A stretch of 64,000 nucleotides of DNA, taken from the IMG/VR virus record IMGVR_UViG_3300050343_000256, positions 1 through 64,000 of that record; one strand, given 5' to 3'. The notes beneath the pieces were generated by a model that did not search any database, was not told the origin of the DNA, and was given only the letters and a program-made list of their open reading frames with translations. Shown here one piece after another: positions 40,143 through 49,628 of this stretch (position 1 is the stretch's first letter; each line of letters starts with the position of its first letter). The DNA is from a virus. Position numbers and translations under genes: made by a program.

Positions 40143-41015
40143 TTATGGAATCCTAATGTCAATGTCATACGGCTTGGGCTTGAACGGTGACAAATACAAG
40201 GCTGCACGCGCTGCTCGAGTCAGCGGAGATGCGGTTGAGTCTTTACCAGCGGCGTGCATTTTTTGCTTGTAGTTGCGACTGTCCGCAGGAGGACGCATCA
40301 TCATTCTCTCTGGCGTGTTTTGCTCTTCTGAAATCAAGTTATTAAGTCGAACCTTGGCTTCAGGGTCGTAGATGCTTTGGACCTGCAGCAAGGCCTTGTC
40401 GGGGCGGAAGGAGCCTGAAACAAGATCGGGATCCTCTGCCTCATTGACCATGTCGTAGGTATCTTTAATTCGAACAGAACCGTCATCACCGACGTCAGCC
40501 ATGAAACGACCCAGCGTCTGCGTAACAGCTTTGTCGCTTGTCAATCCGTAAGGATTAACAGGGCCAGACGTCGGCACACCAGGCCCCGCTTTCATAGTGA
40601 TTTTCTGAACGGGTTCTTTACTAAGGCCTCCAGGGAACAGTGAGTCAAAGTCCCCGCTTCGCGCTGCTTGGCTCTTTCGCAGCCTTTCAGCAAGCGATTG
40701 GTCCAAGGGGGTGACTTCGGGAAGCCCTAGCTGTTTGTTTTCCAGCTTGCGTGCATCGGTTTTTGCTTCATCAACCATGGCTGCAAAACGAGATTCCTCT
40801 TCTGGGCTCATCAGGAACAAATCTCGAGCGACTTCTTTGGTGTCGACATATTCGACAGTCTGATCAGGCTGTTCCGTAGCCGCCCTGAGCGAACGGATTG
40901 TTGAGTCATCAAGCTCCAAGCTTTCATTGCCGACACCAGACACGTACCTAAGGAACAGGTTCATGCGGTCGGGAAGAATATTTAGAGCATGACCTGCCAA
41001 ACGCTTTAAGGGCAT
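40143..41015 (-). CDS. hypothetical protein with N-terminal RLAG
   Basis: MPLKRLAG; TLGRF......V...DTYD. Confidence 0.7.
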   Translation of the reverse strand: MPLKRLAGHALNILPDRMNLFLRYVSGVGNESLELDDSTIRSLRAATEQPDQTVEYVDTKEVARDLFLMSPEEESRFAAMVDEAKTDARKLENKQLGLPEVTPLDQSLAERLRKSQAARSGDFDSLFPGGLSKEPVQKITMKAGPGVPTSGPVNPYGLTSDKAVTQTLGRFMADVGDDGSVRIKDTYDMVNEAEDPDLVSGSFRPDKALLQVQSIYDPEAKVRLNNLISEEQNTPERMMMRPPADSRNYKQKMHAAGKDSTASPLTRAARAALYLSPFKPKPYDIDIRIP

Positions 41016-41021
41016 CTTTAC

Positions 41022-41309
41022 TTACCAGGAGTAATTACAGGACCAATAGCCAGGCGTCGTCTTATCTTTTTTCTCTGAACAATTGTGGCGACTGCGAAAG
41101 TTTTTTCTCCGATCAGCATCACCATGACCGGAGCCTTTTTTTCCGCCCTCGGAATGATGCTCCATATTTGGATCACCAAAGCGGACGATTTTATCTTTAC
41201 CGTTCTTGTCTTTGACTAAGACTGCAAACTTCTTATTTTCGCCAGGAGTTTTTTTGGGCTTGTTGTAGCCACTAAATACTTCTCCTGCATAGCGAATTTT
41301 CTTGCTCAT
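41022..41309 (-). CDS. conserved basic phage protein
   Basis: KIVRFGDPNM...RRKNFRSRHNC...GYWSC..W. Confidence 0.8.
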   Translation of the reverse strand: MSKKIRYAGEVFSGYNKPKKTPGENKKFAVLVKDKNGKDKIVRFGDPNMEHHSEGGKKGSGHGDADRRKNFRSRHNCSEKKDKTTPGYWSCNYSW

Positions 41310-41512
41310 GATTTACTCCGGTACGCAGTGGCACGCCGACGAGCCTCCGCTGCTGCCTTTGTGTTCTTGACCTGATGATTCACTGGCTTGCCTTTCGACG
41401 CACGCTTCTTCTTGTCGTCAGTCGCTTTGCGCTCCTCTTTCGTCATCGAGGCCCAGGCTGCCTTGGGGAGGTAACGCTCTGTACGACCTTTCTCGCGTGC
41501 TTTATCAGTCAT
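41306..41512 (-). CDS. DUF5872-like C-terminal half
   Basis: RYLPKAAW..MT..E.KAT..KK. Confidence 0.65.
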   Translation of the reverse strand: MTDKAREKGRTERYLPKAAWASMTKEERKATDDKKKRASKGKPVNHQVKNTKAAAEARRRATAYRSKS

Positions 41513-41874
41513 TAAAAGGGCATGTCCGAATCATTGGGTACAAGGTTTTTTGATTGCAGGTAACTTGCAATGCGGACAATTTGCTCAGCCGCTGCTCGCT
41601 TCGTCTCAGGCGTTTTTAGGTATTCCGGTCCTTGGCCACTAGGGTCTACATATCGATAATCTGGATTAGCGCTAAGGGCCTCTAGGATCTGACGAAGTTC
41701 CAACTCATGGTCTGCAATCTCCTGGATCGATGGTGATTCGACCATGCCGTATTGGTCGTAACCAAGATCTTCGTCCGATAAATACATCGGTCGACCCTTT
41801 GCATCTCGACCACCCTTATCTTCAGCCAAAAGCCGAAGGACATCAACATTGCCAGCCAGACGTTGAGCAATCAT
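41512..41874 (-). CDS. hypothetical protein with N-terminal RLAG
   Basis: MIAQRLAG; stop/start overlaps on both sides. Confidence 0.7.
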   Translation of the reverse strand: MIAQRLAGNVDVLRLLAEDKGGRDAKGRPMYLSDEDLGYDQYGMVESPSIQEIADHELELRQILEALSANPDYRYVDPSGQGPEYLKTPETKRAAAEQIVRIASYLQSKNLVPNDSDMPF

Positions 41875-42101
41875 TATTTCTTCCCCTCGTACTCCTCTTT
41901 AGTCTGCCAATCTTCTTTGGACCACTTACTTAATTTATTGCTAGAAGATTTCTTCCCTTCATACTGACCACCTTCCTGTTTGTAATATTTAGTGGCAAGT
42001 TGCATCGCACGAGCAGAATGCCCACCCATTTTTTTCTGGGCTTTAGCTTTTGCTTTTGCCCAAAGCTCGGGGTTCTTTTTCTTAGCAGTACCGTCTGACA
42101 T
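41874..42101 (-). CDS. DUF5872-like N-terminal half
   Basis: HSARAMQLA...YK..GG.Y.G...L.KW..EDW.TK. Confidence 0.65.
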   Translation of the reverse strand: MSDGTAKKKNPELWAKAKAKAQKKMGGHSARAMQLATKYYKQEGGQYEGKKSSSNKLSKWSKEDWQTKEEYEGKK

Positions 42102-43072
42102 CAGGAAAAACGCTGGTTGTAATAATCACGAGTCGAATTTGTCAGCCCACGAGTTAATTCGCCCCTGTTCCGCTTGAGCTGACCAGGGACGTAATTCTTA
42201 GCGGAACCTGTACTGCCGCTGATAGGTTTCACCACGCTTGAGGATTCAGCATCGCCAGGTGTCGGACCAGCTGAAGTTACGTCCTGAACAGATACCGATG
42301 TTTTAGGCCCAGAGGAGATTTGATCGCCACCAGTATCAAAAGTTCCAGTAATATTTTCTGGCACATCTCTAGGAGACCCGTCTTCATTAAATGTACTAAT
42401 TCTCCCTGAGGCTGAAATGGGAACCGTATTAGGCATGCCCCCACCTTCGGCAACAACCTCGTTGAACTTGTCTTGATATTGCTGCGGAGCGTTGCTTGCC
42501 GCCTTAGCCCGAATGGACTCGACGTATCCAGCAGGGGCCTGGTCGCCAGGCTTCAATGAACGTAGTGGATGGGTGCTTTCCTTTGCAGCCCTGTCGTCTT
42601 TAATCTTTTTAATCGTTTTTTCGTAAGAGCTTAGTTGTGGTCCAGCTTCGACATCAGCTTGCACTTGCGAATAGTAAGCATTGTCCCGATACTTGGGGGC
42701 AACGTACTTTGAAGGCCCGACACTGGAACGCTTGGGACTCGCTACTGCCTCCTCAATGGATTCACCAACATAACCAGCTTTCCTGATCTGGTTATCATCC
42801 ATCCCCCTGTATTTAGCTTGCAAGTAAGCCGCTTTGCTCGTGGCTCTCGCTCCTCGGAATGGATTGTGATACTGCTGAAAACTGGCATGATTTCCGCCCG
42901 GTGTTTGGGCGTACATGTCTTGTTTCGCCGCATGAATCTCTGCATTATGTTCTTTATGCGCTTTTGCAAAGTTGGCCATCCTGGCCCAACCGTCAACCGC
43001 ACCTTTATTAAGTTGTGCTTGACGCGCCTTAACCTTGGCCATGGCGGCGTCATAGCGGGAATAGTTAATCAC
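42101..43072 (-). CDS. low-complexity putative internal virion protein
   Basis: 323 aa; ends YYNQRFS. Confidence 0.65.
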   Translation of the reverse strand: MINYSRYDAAMAKVKARQAQLNKGAVDGWARMANFAKAHKEHNAEIHAAKQDMYAQTPGGNHASFQQYHNPFRGARATSKAAYLQAKYRGMDDNQIRKAGYVGESIEEAVASPKRSSVGPSKYVAPKYRDNAYYSQVQADVEAGPQLSSYEKTIKKIKDDRAAKESTHPLRSLKPGDQAPAGYVESIRAKAASNAPQQYQDKFNEVVAEGGGMPNTVPISASGRISTFNEDGSPRDVPENITGTFDTGGDQISSGPKTSVSVQDVTSAGPTPGDAESSSVVKPISGSTGSAKNYVPGQLKRNRGELTRGLTNSTRDYYNQRFS

Positions 43073-43110
43073 TTAATTTGCCCTCGGCTTGTTTATCTTG
43101 AGTTGCCATA

Positions 43111-43440
43111 TCAGACTCCTTTTAAAAATCCAGGAAGCGCTGTCTTGCCTCTAATTTGCCTGTGCTTTTCTTCTGCTAAACCACTATTAGGAAGCTCCTC
43201 AAGGGCTTGTTTAGTCATGTATTCCAATCCACCCCGGCGTGGATTGATTTGACCGTAGTCTCCACCACGGAAACCACCTGCGACTAGCTCACCGGAGAGG
43301 GCATCAAGAAAACCTTCTGCAATAGCCTCCTCCATAGCAGCATCTTGCGGCCTAGCGCCCTGGGCAGCTTCACCCATATAGACAACAACGTCAGGACTCA
43401 GTCCTAACCCTGCTCCTGCCAATCGCGAAACAGAGTTCAA
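43111..43440 (-). CDS. hypothetical protein with N-terminal RLAG
   Basis: MNSVSRLAG; TAGAAT upstream. Confidence 0.65.
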   Translation of the reverse strand: MNSVSRLAGAGLGLSPDVVVYMGEAAQGARPQDAAMEEAIAEGFLDALSGELVAGGFRGGDYGQINPRRGGLEYMTKQALEELPNSGLAEEKHRQIRGKTALPGFLKGV

Positions 43441-43472
43441 AATACAACGGTCTAAGTATTGACACTATTCTA

Positions 43473-43688
43473 TTATTTTTTAACACCCAAACCTTTTTCC
43501 AGCACTGGCCTTAGCTCAGATGCAATGGGAAAATGCCGAAGCAAAGCTCTGGCTTCCCGGCGTATTTCGCCAGGAACGCGAGGACTTTCCTTGGTATCTG
43601 TAAGTCTCAGGAGAAAATCCCTAGTCGCAACCACAGCACTGACCTGCTGCATTGGATTGGAAATGAAACGACGAACTCTTTCAAGCAT
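43473..43688 (-). CDS. BPSL0761-family protein
   Basis: TRDFLLRL....PRVP.EIRREAR.LLRHFP. Confidence 0.75.
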   Translation of the reverse strand: MLERVRRFISNPMQQVSAVVATRDFLLRLTDTKESPRVPGEIRREARALLRHFPIASELRPVLEKGLGVKK

Positions 43689-44182
43689 CTTTCAAATGCC
43701 AGTTACGAACTTCTTGATCAGCAGCTTCTTCACCAATGAGAAGGCAGTGAGCTTTATACAGACCCGTATATGTACTGCGAAGGCCTAGAGGCGCTTTTTC
43801 TCTGTTGTACAGGTTGTAAAGATACTGGATATGTGCGGCCCTATTTCTTTGCAGCTGTACGTCCGACATCAGAGATAAATGCTTTTCGAAAGCCTAGGCA
43901 CTCACGAGCCGTGTCAGGCAATCAAATCGAAAGACTATTGCCATAATGTGGTGAAAATCCACGGTCCCATGACGAAGCCGACGCCAATCGAGATCGATGA
44001 CTTCTACAAAACATGGTGGCTTGAAAATTACATGACGCCATTAAACAGGACCCCCATGGGGCTTGTTGAATTCGCTGAGGCTTTTCATGACAAGTATTGC
44101 AGCACTCAGGAATCAAGCGACTGCATAAAGCCAGGATTGACGGATTAAAAGTTTCTAGACTTGGCACAGCAAGTTACACGTC

Positions 44183-44326
44183 ATGTCTAGCGAACACCTC
44201 GCTCTGATTGCCATCATCGTGGCAGCAGCAAGCGAAATCATCGGGATGAACAAAAAGCTCAACAGCAACAGCGTTGTTCAGCTTGTCTTGTCTGGCTTGA
44301 AGTCAGCTTTCCCGAAAAAGAAGTAG
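44183..44326 (+). CDS. holin-like microprotein (not in the ORF track)
   Basis: MSSEHLALIAIIVAAASEIIGMNKKLNSNSVVQLVLSGLKSAFPKKK. Confidence 0.55.
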   Translation: MSSEHLALIAIIVAAASEIIGMNKKLNSNSVVQLVLSGLKSAFPKKK

Positions 44327-44409
44327 ACATGCGGTGACGAAAAACTGCTTGGGACTCATCATTCCAAGCGGCTTCGTGGCGTAGCTTGTCGCCTCTTCGC
44401 CGTCTCAAA

Positions 44410-44697
44410 ATGTCCATCGAACAAACGGTTAAACCCAAACCAAAGACAAAAGAAAATAAATTTGAATGGGCCGACGAGGGCGTATCTGTTCTTGTACGAG
44501 TCGTCATCCTGGGCTGGTCAGCAGCAATTCTGACCCTCAACTATGTAACTGTCCCAGGGATCCCACAAAAGAATATAGATCCGACTTTTATTGCCAGCGT
44601 CTTCACAACGACCTTGACGACATTCGGCGTCATGGCAGCTAAGAAAAAAGAAGAGAAGCAACCCGAACCCCAAAAAACTGAAGGCCTTACCAAATGA
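44410..44697 (+). CDS. two-TM cyanophage membrane protein
   Basis: ILGWSAAILTLNYV...IDPTFIASVF. Confidence 0.7.
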   Translation: MSIEQTVKPKPKTKENKFEWADEGVSVLVRVVILGWSAAILTLNYVTVPGIPQKNIDPTFIASVFTTTLTTFGVMAAKKKEEKQPEPQKTEGLTK

Positions 44698-45209
44698 AAA
44701 AGCATCTCATTGTCTTAGCAGTGATTGGAATGGCATCGGCAATTCCAGCTCATGCTGATATCACTCATCGAATCCAGACATCGGTCCAGATGTCAGTTGA
44801 CGCTGCTGCCTCTGCGGCGACCAGAATCGGTAGCACCTATTCAGTCAGTGGTTCAAACTTGACCACGACAGATGGAACGACTGCAGGCAACATCGGAAGA
44901 CTGGGAACACTTTCATCTGGTAGCGGTGTTGGCTTTACTGGTACAACCGCCTCGGTGAAAGATGCAGGAGAAAGCTTTAACTTTGCCGAGACGTATATCG
45001 AAGGCGATGCGCATCATGCCGGTAGCTCTGTTTCATCAGGTGTTGTCGGAACTCTTCCCGTCTACGGCGTGACGGTTACTCAAGCTGGCGGTGTGGCAGG
45101 GAATCTAGCCGGGACCATCGGTACAGACGGGGCTATGACCTTGACTCCAGGGGGAGCAGGCACTTCTATCACTGGGCAGCACGTGAGCGAAATCTCTATT
45201 TTTAATTAG
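44694..45209 (+). CDS. exported Gly/Ser/Thr-rich protein
   Basis: Signal peptide AHA-DITH. Confidence 0.7.
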   Translation: MKKHLIVLAVIGMASAIPAHADITHRIQTSVQMSVDAAASAATRIGSTYSVSGSNLTTTDGTTAGNIGRLGTLSSGSGVGFTGTTASVKDAGESFNFAETYIEGDAHHAGSSVSSGVVGTLPVYGVTVTQAGGVAGNLAGTIGTDGAMTLTPGGAGTSITGQHVSEISIFN

Positions 45210-45214
45210 TCATA

Positions 45215-45646
45215 ATGCTGATCTTTTTCTTGGCACTGTTTGCAATAACCGCAAACGAAGCGAAAGCTGTCCCAGTAGTGCCCTCATTTACACAAGGAAG
45301 CATGAATTCCCATACGGAAACGAGCACTAAAATAACCGAGCTCATTAAGTCTGTAGATTACAACACAGGTTATACGTACTCAGTCAGCGGAGAGAATGTT
45401 GCACCAAGCTCTGGGCGAATAAGTCCAAACGCTGCCGCAACAAACATCCAAGTTGACGCGGAGACGCAAGCAACGTGGACACAAGCAGATTTAGCCAGCA
45501 AGCCGGATTGGAAGATCGTCAGCCCTGGCGGCAGCTTTCAATTCGTCGAACATTACACAGCACCGGGACTGGCAAACGTAACCCTGATCGATCGAACAAT
45601 CGAGACGCAAAGCGTAACCGATACCGTAAGTATCTTTCAGCGCTGA
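45215..45646 (+). CDS. exported protein
   Basis: Signal peptide AKA-VPVVP.F.QG. Confidence 0.7.
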   Translation: MLIFFLALFAITANEAKAVPVVPSFTQGSMNSHTETSTKITELIKSVDYNTGYTYSVSGENVAPSSGRISPNAAATNIQVDAETQATWTQADLASKPDWKIVSPGGSFQFVEHYTAPGLANVTLIDRTIETQSVTDTVSIFQR

Positions 45647-46404
45647 TTGCAATCTGTGTGACACCAACTTCCGCCTTCGCCAACAACGTAGGCGGAGTTA
45701 GTGCAACAGCTAACCCTATTGCCCAGTCATCTTCTTCAGTACAGAACCAGGCCATTCAGGTACTGCAGGGGCCGTACATCAACTCTGCGGTCACAGCGGG
45801 AGTTCAGTGCCAAGGCCCGACACTAAATATCACCCCGTTTGTGACGCATTCGCATTCGTATCAGATGCCATTCGAGGGGGTATACCAAGAGCCGGTGTAC
45901 AACACAATTGATATTGTCGGCGCTTTCGATGAAGACGGGAATGCAATACCTGACGGAATACCAGACAACGGCTGGGGCAGTGTTGCTTACTACAAGCCAG
46001 TGAGAACCGGGCAAAAGGCAAGCAACAACCTGAACCTAGGTCTGTCAGCAACGGTTTCATTCCCTCTTGATGGTGGGATTCAAGAGCGTTGCAAAGCTGC
46101 AATGAGTACTCAAAACAAGATTCAAGAGCAGATCCTTGCTAACAAAGCACTTGATTACACCTTGGCTCGATTACGTCATTGCGGTGAACTCAGCCAAAAG
46201 GGCATTCAGTTTGCAGCCAACTCACCGTTTTATACGGTCTGCTCTGACGTGATTGCCAACCCGAAGAGAGTCAGCATTGCGCCTCATAAGCATGAGGTCA
46301 CAATTACCCCATCAGATCTCGGGCTTGACGAATCAACTGATTCCTTGAACGCTGGGCAAGGGTCCTCTCCCGAAGCGATCGAGGTTTCACCTGTTTCCCC
46401 ATAG
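45475..46404 (+). CDS. exported Cys-containing protein (true start probably later)
   Basis: AFA-NNVGG..ATANP; CQGPTL. Confidence 0.7.
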   Translation: MDTSRFSQQAGLEDRQPWRQLSIRRTLHSTGTGKRNPDRSNNRDAKRNRYRKYLSALIAICVTPTSAFANNVGGVSATANPIAQSSSSVQNQAIQVLQGPYINSAVTAGVQCQGPTLNITPFVTHSHSYQMPFEGVYQEPVYNTIDIVGAFDEDGNAIPDGIPDNGWGSVAYYKPVRTGQKASNNLNLGLSATVSFPLDGGIQERCKAAMSTQNKIQEQILANKALDYTLARLRHCGELSQKGIQFAANSPFYTVCSDVIANPKRVSIAPHKHEVTITPSDLGLDESTDSLNAGQGSSPEAIEVSPVSP

Positions 46405-47059
46405 CTTTTTTAATCTTGGCAATGATCTTTTTGATCATTGGCTTAATTAGTTTTAGCAAAAAATTAGATATTGGCTTAGCTAATAGTGCAGATACCGTTG
46501 CAATAATTGCAATCGTCGCAGTAGTCGTTGCAGCCTCGAGTGGCGGCAAATATTGCGTTACTGTCTCAATAGCTTTATTTTCTGGTTTCGCAACTGTAAT
46601 ACATTTGCCTTTCACTAGTATCTCTTTGTCTTTGCAACGAGGCTTTGAACTACTACTATTTTCAGTATTAGCAGTATTAATCGAATGCTTAGGCGTTGTC
46701 ATTGCAGGGGGTATAGCTGGTGCTTCGGGCTTGTCCGCCTCTGCATTGCCGCCAACTTTCGGAACTTCAGTCTTTGGATGAATTACGCTTAGCTCTGGCG
46801 TGTAATTCATTGAATTAAACGTTGGCATTCCTGCGTCACAGAAAATTGCAACTCGAGACGGATCGTTCTCAGTTAACGCTGGTGACAACTCCGAATCAAT
46901 ATGAGCCTCAACGCATCCAGGCATTTGAATGATTGGCAGCTGCATGCTGACACCATCTGGCAGGGACGGAATGGCTTCCGTGTAGAAGCTGATCGGAATA
47001 TCCTTTATATCTACGTCTTTAACGGTATTAGCATTTATGCCAATATCCGGTATGGACAT
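46304..47059 (-). CDS. membrane protein with basic C-terminus
   Basis: PIIQMPGCVEAH; transmembrane segment near the C-terminus. Confidence 0.7.
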   Translation of the reverse strand: MSIPDIGINANTVKDVDIKDIPISFYTEAIPSLPDGVSMQLPIIQMPGCVEAHIDSELSPALTENDPSRVAIFCDAGMPTFNSMNYTPELSVIHPKTEVPKVGGNAEADKPEAPAIPPAMTTPKHSINTANTENSSSSKPRCKDKEILVKGKCITVAKPENKAIETVTQYLPPLEAATTTATIAIIATVSALLAKPISNFLLKLIKPMIKKIIAKIKKAMGKQVKPRSLRERTLAQRSRNQLIRQARDLMG

Positions 47060-47318
47060 TATTTAAACACTGGTAGTCCAGTCATAACCTTGCCACCTTT
47101 CGGCATAAGTTTTTCTTGAGACTTAAGCAAGTCAGTTTTCATGGCTTCCATATCTTTCGTGATATAACCAAACTCTTCCGTCAATCTTTCTTCGACTTGA
47201 AGAGCAACATCAGCCTGAAACAGCATAAGCTTCGCCAGTACAGTTTTATAAGCCCCATAAAAAACCAAGTTCAATGCGACTAAATTTGCAGTAACTAACA
47301 ACTTAAATATTAGATTCA

Positions 47319-48437
47319 TTATTCTGATCCGTCAACAATTATTCTGGCGTATTGAACAATTACCAAGCCATCGCCACCGGCAGGAACTCCAGTCATTTTG
47401 TAATACCCAGTACCACCACCACCACCGGCATTACCGCCTGATCCGGGCTGAGCGTAGCCAGGAGAACCACCACCACCACCAAGCATCCCTCCATTTCCAG
47501 AATTTGGTGGATACTCAGTGGTGGTATATTTTCCACCACCGCCACCACCAGCTCCAGGCCCACCGTCAGTGCCAGGAACTTGCTGTCTGTAACTGCTTTT
47601 TACGGTGTACATACCTGATGTTCCACCACCACCGCCTAAAAAAATTAAATTTGCATCGATAATCGAATTACCTTTACCTGATTCGCCTCTTGATTGGCAG
47701 CCATCTCCATAAGTGGTGTAATTCATAGAAATGCATCCAGAGCTGCCGCCGGCTCCTGAAAGTCCACCACCTGCCGGGTCGGGATGGTAGGAAGTCGAAG
47801 GAGACGCATTCTTCGGACATGTACTCATTGAGCCGCCACCTGAGCCCCCTGTGTAGTTTCCATTACTACCTACTCCTCCAATTCCGCCACCACCGCCACC
47901 TGCATATGTACTGCCTGAACCACCGGCAAAACCATCGCTAACTCCATAAGGAGCAGGGGCCGAACCGCCTCCGCCTCCACCTGCATTGTTAGAAGCAGCG
48001 TAATAACCACTTCCTCCAGATCCACCTCTTTTATTTACATCTCCACCGACACCTAGTCCGCCAACTCCATAACCACTAGAGCCTTGATTGGCCGTATTAA
48101 ATGAACCTCCATTTCCACCAGTCGCAGAGCAGTGACTGCCAAAACTTGAAGATCCTGCAACTGCATTGGCATTATTTGTGCCGCTGCCAATCGTTACCGC
48201 TTCGGTACTACCAAGTGCGCTTACGTCAATCAATTTGACCGCAAGTCCACCACCACCTCCGCCATACGCAGTAGTGGGAGAAAAACTGTAGTAGTCGTCT
48301 CCCATACCTCCAGCTCCCCAGACATGGACCAAGACTGGCTTTGTTTCGTCTATGTCAGAAGGCTTTGTCCATGTGAATGAACCTCTGCGAGTATAGATTC
48401 TGTATTCGTTGTATAAGTAAGAATTAAAATTCGCCAT
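47319..48437 (-). CDS. glycine-rich tail/fiber protein, type B copy 2
   Basis: MANFNSYLY; VHVWGAGG; GGDGLVIVQY. Confidence 0.75.
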   Translation of the reverse strand: MANFNSYLYNEYRIYTRRGSFTWTKPSDIDETKPVLVHVWGAGGMGDDYYSFSPTTAYGGGGGGLAVKLIDVSALGSTEAVTIGSGTNNANAVAGSSSFGSHCSATGGNGGSFNTANQGSSGYGVGGLGVGGDVNKRGGSGGSGYYAASNNAGGGGGGSAPAPYGVSDGFAGGSGSTYAGGGGGGIGGVGSNGNYTGGSGGGSMSTCPKNASPSTSYHPDPAGGGLSGAGGSSGCISMNYTTYGDGCQSRGESGKGNSIIDANLIFLGGGGGTSGMYTVKSSYRQQVPGTDGGPGAGGGGGGKYTTTEYPPNSGNGGMLGGGGGSPGYAQPGSGGNAGGGGGTGYYKMTGVPAGGDGLVIVQYARIIVDGSE

Positions 48438-48438
48438 C

Positions 48439-49563
48439 TCAGGCCACCTTGTACTGAATAATAATTAGGCCATGTCCGCCAAATCCGGGATAGCTGGTAG
48501 CACCACCACCACCGCCAGCGCTACCTCCATATCCTGCAGAGTTTTGTCCAGCAGCTCCACCACCACCGCCAAGGATTCCACCACCGCCGGCAACTAGGTA
48601 GGGATTGACTTCGCCATGGGTGCCGCATCCACCACCACCACCACCAGGGCCCCCTGGTGCGCCTGATGAATAAGCAGTTCCACTGCTGACCAACTTGGAA
48701 GTTCCGCCACCTCCACCACCGCCGCCAAACAAGATCTGGTTAGGAGTAAGTTTTACGCCTCCATCTCCTGATTTTGCGGGTGTCCCGTTACCGCCGCCGT
48801 AAGTGACATAGCCGTAATAGAGGCAACCTCCTGATCCACCGCCTCCTAATAAGCCTGGACCTCCATTACCGCAAGCGGCATACGAGCTGTTATCTGCGTA
48901 TTGTCCTGCCCCAGCGGATCCACCGCCTCCGCCTCCTGTGTAAGACCCGTATCCACCAGGCCCTCCGATTCCGCCTCCGCCGCCAGCGCCATACGAGCTA
49001 GTACCGCCACCGGGGAAGCCATCAGAATCGCCATAAGGAGCAGGGGCTGAACCACCACCACCACCGCCACAGTTAGTACCTGTGGAGTAATACGCACTGC
49101 CACCTGTTCCACCACGCTTATTAATATCTCCGCCGATACCTAGTCCGCCAACACCCCAATTAGCCCCAGAACCTTGATTGGCAGTGGAATTACTACCACC
49201 ATTTCCGCCAGTCGCAGAACAATGAGACCCGAAAGATGAAGATCCGCCTGTACCACTTGTCGACTGGTTTCCTGTGCCAATTGCTAAAGATTCAGAAGAA
49301 CCTAAGGCGCTTGCATTTATGTATTTAACGGCGAGTCCGCCACCGCCTCCCCCATAGAGACTACTACTACTACCTCCAGAGCCTCCAGCTCCCCAAACAT
49401 GAACAAGAATTCTCGATCCATCAACTAAACCAGCTGGCTTTTCCCAGGTTATAGAACCTGGATGCCAAAACATTTCAAATTTATTAAATTCTCCTGGGAG
49501 TCCGCCACCGCCGCCGCCGCCGCCTCCGCCTGATCCACCTGTGCCCGGAAATCTTCTGCCCAT
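48439..49563 (-). CDS. glycine-rich tail/fiber protein, type A copy 2
   Basis: MGRRFPG; GGHGLIIIQYKV. Confidence 0.75.
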   Translation of the reverse strand: MGRRFPGTGGSGGGGGGGGGGLPGEFNKFEMFWHPGSITWEKPAGLVDGSRILVHVWGAGGSGGSSSSLYGGGGGGLAVKYINASALGSSESLAIGTGNQSTSGTGGSSSFGSHCSATGGNGGSNSTANQGSGANWGVGGLGIGGDINKRGGTGGSAYYSTGTNCGGGGGGSAPAPYGDSDGFPGGGTSSYGAGGGGGIGGPGGYGSYTGGGGGGSAGAGQYADNSSYAACGNGGPGLLGGGGSGGCLYYGYVTYGGGNGTPAKSGDGGVKLTPNQILFGGGGGGGGTSKLVSSGTAYSSGAPGGPGGGGGGCGTHGEVNPYLVAGGGGILGGGGGAAGQNSAGYGGSAGGGGGATSYPGFGGHGLIIIQYKVA

Positions 49564-49628
49564 TTAATTAATTAACGCGCAACAATTGAGCGTCGGCTCT
49601 TGACTAAGTTTAGCGGTTACAGGAATTA

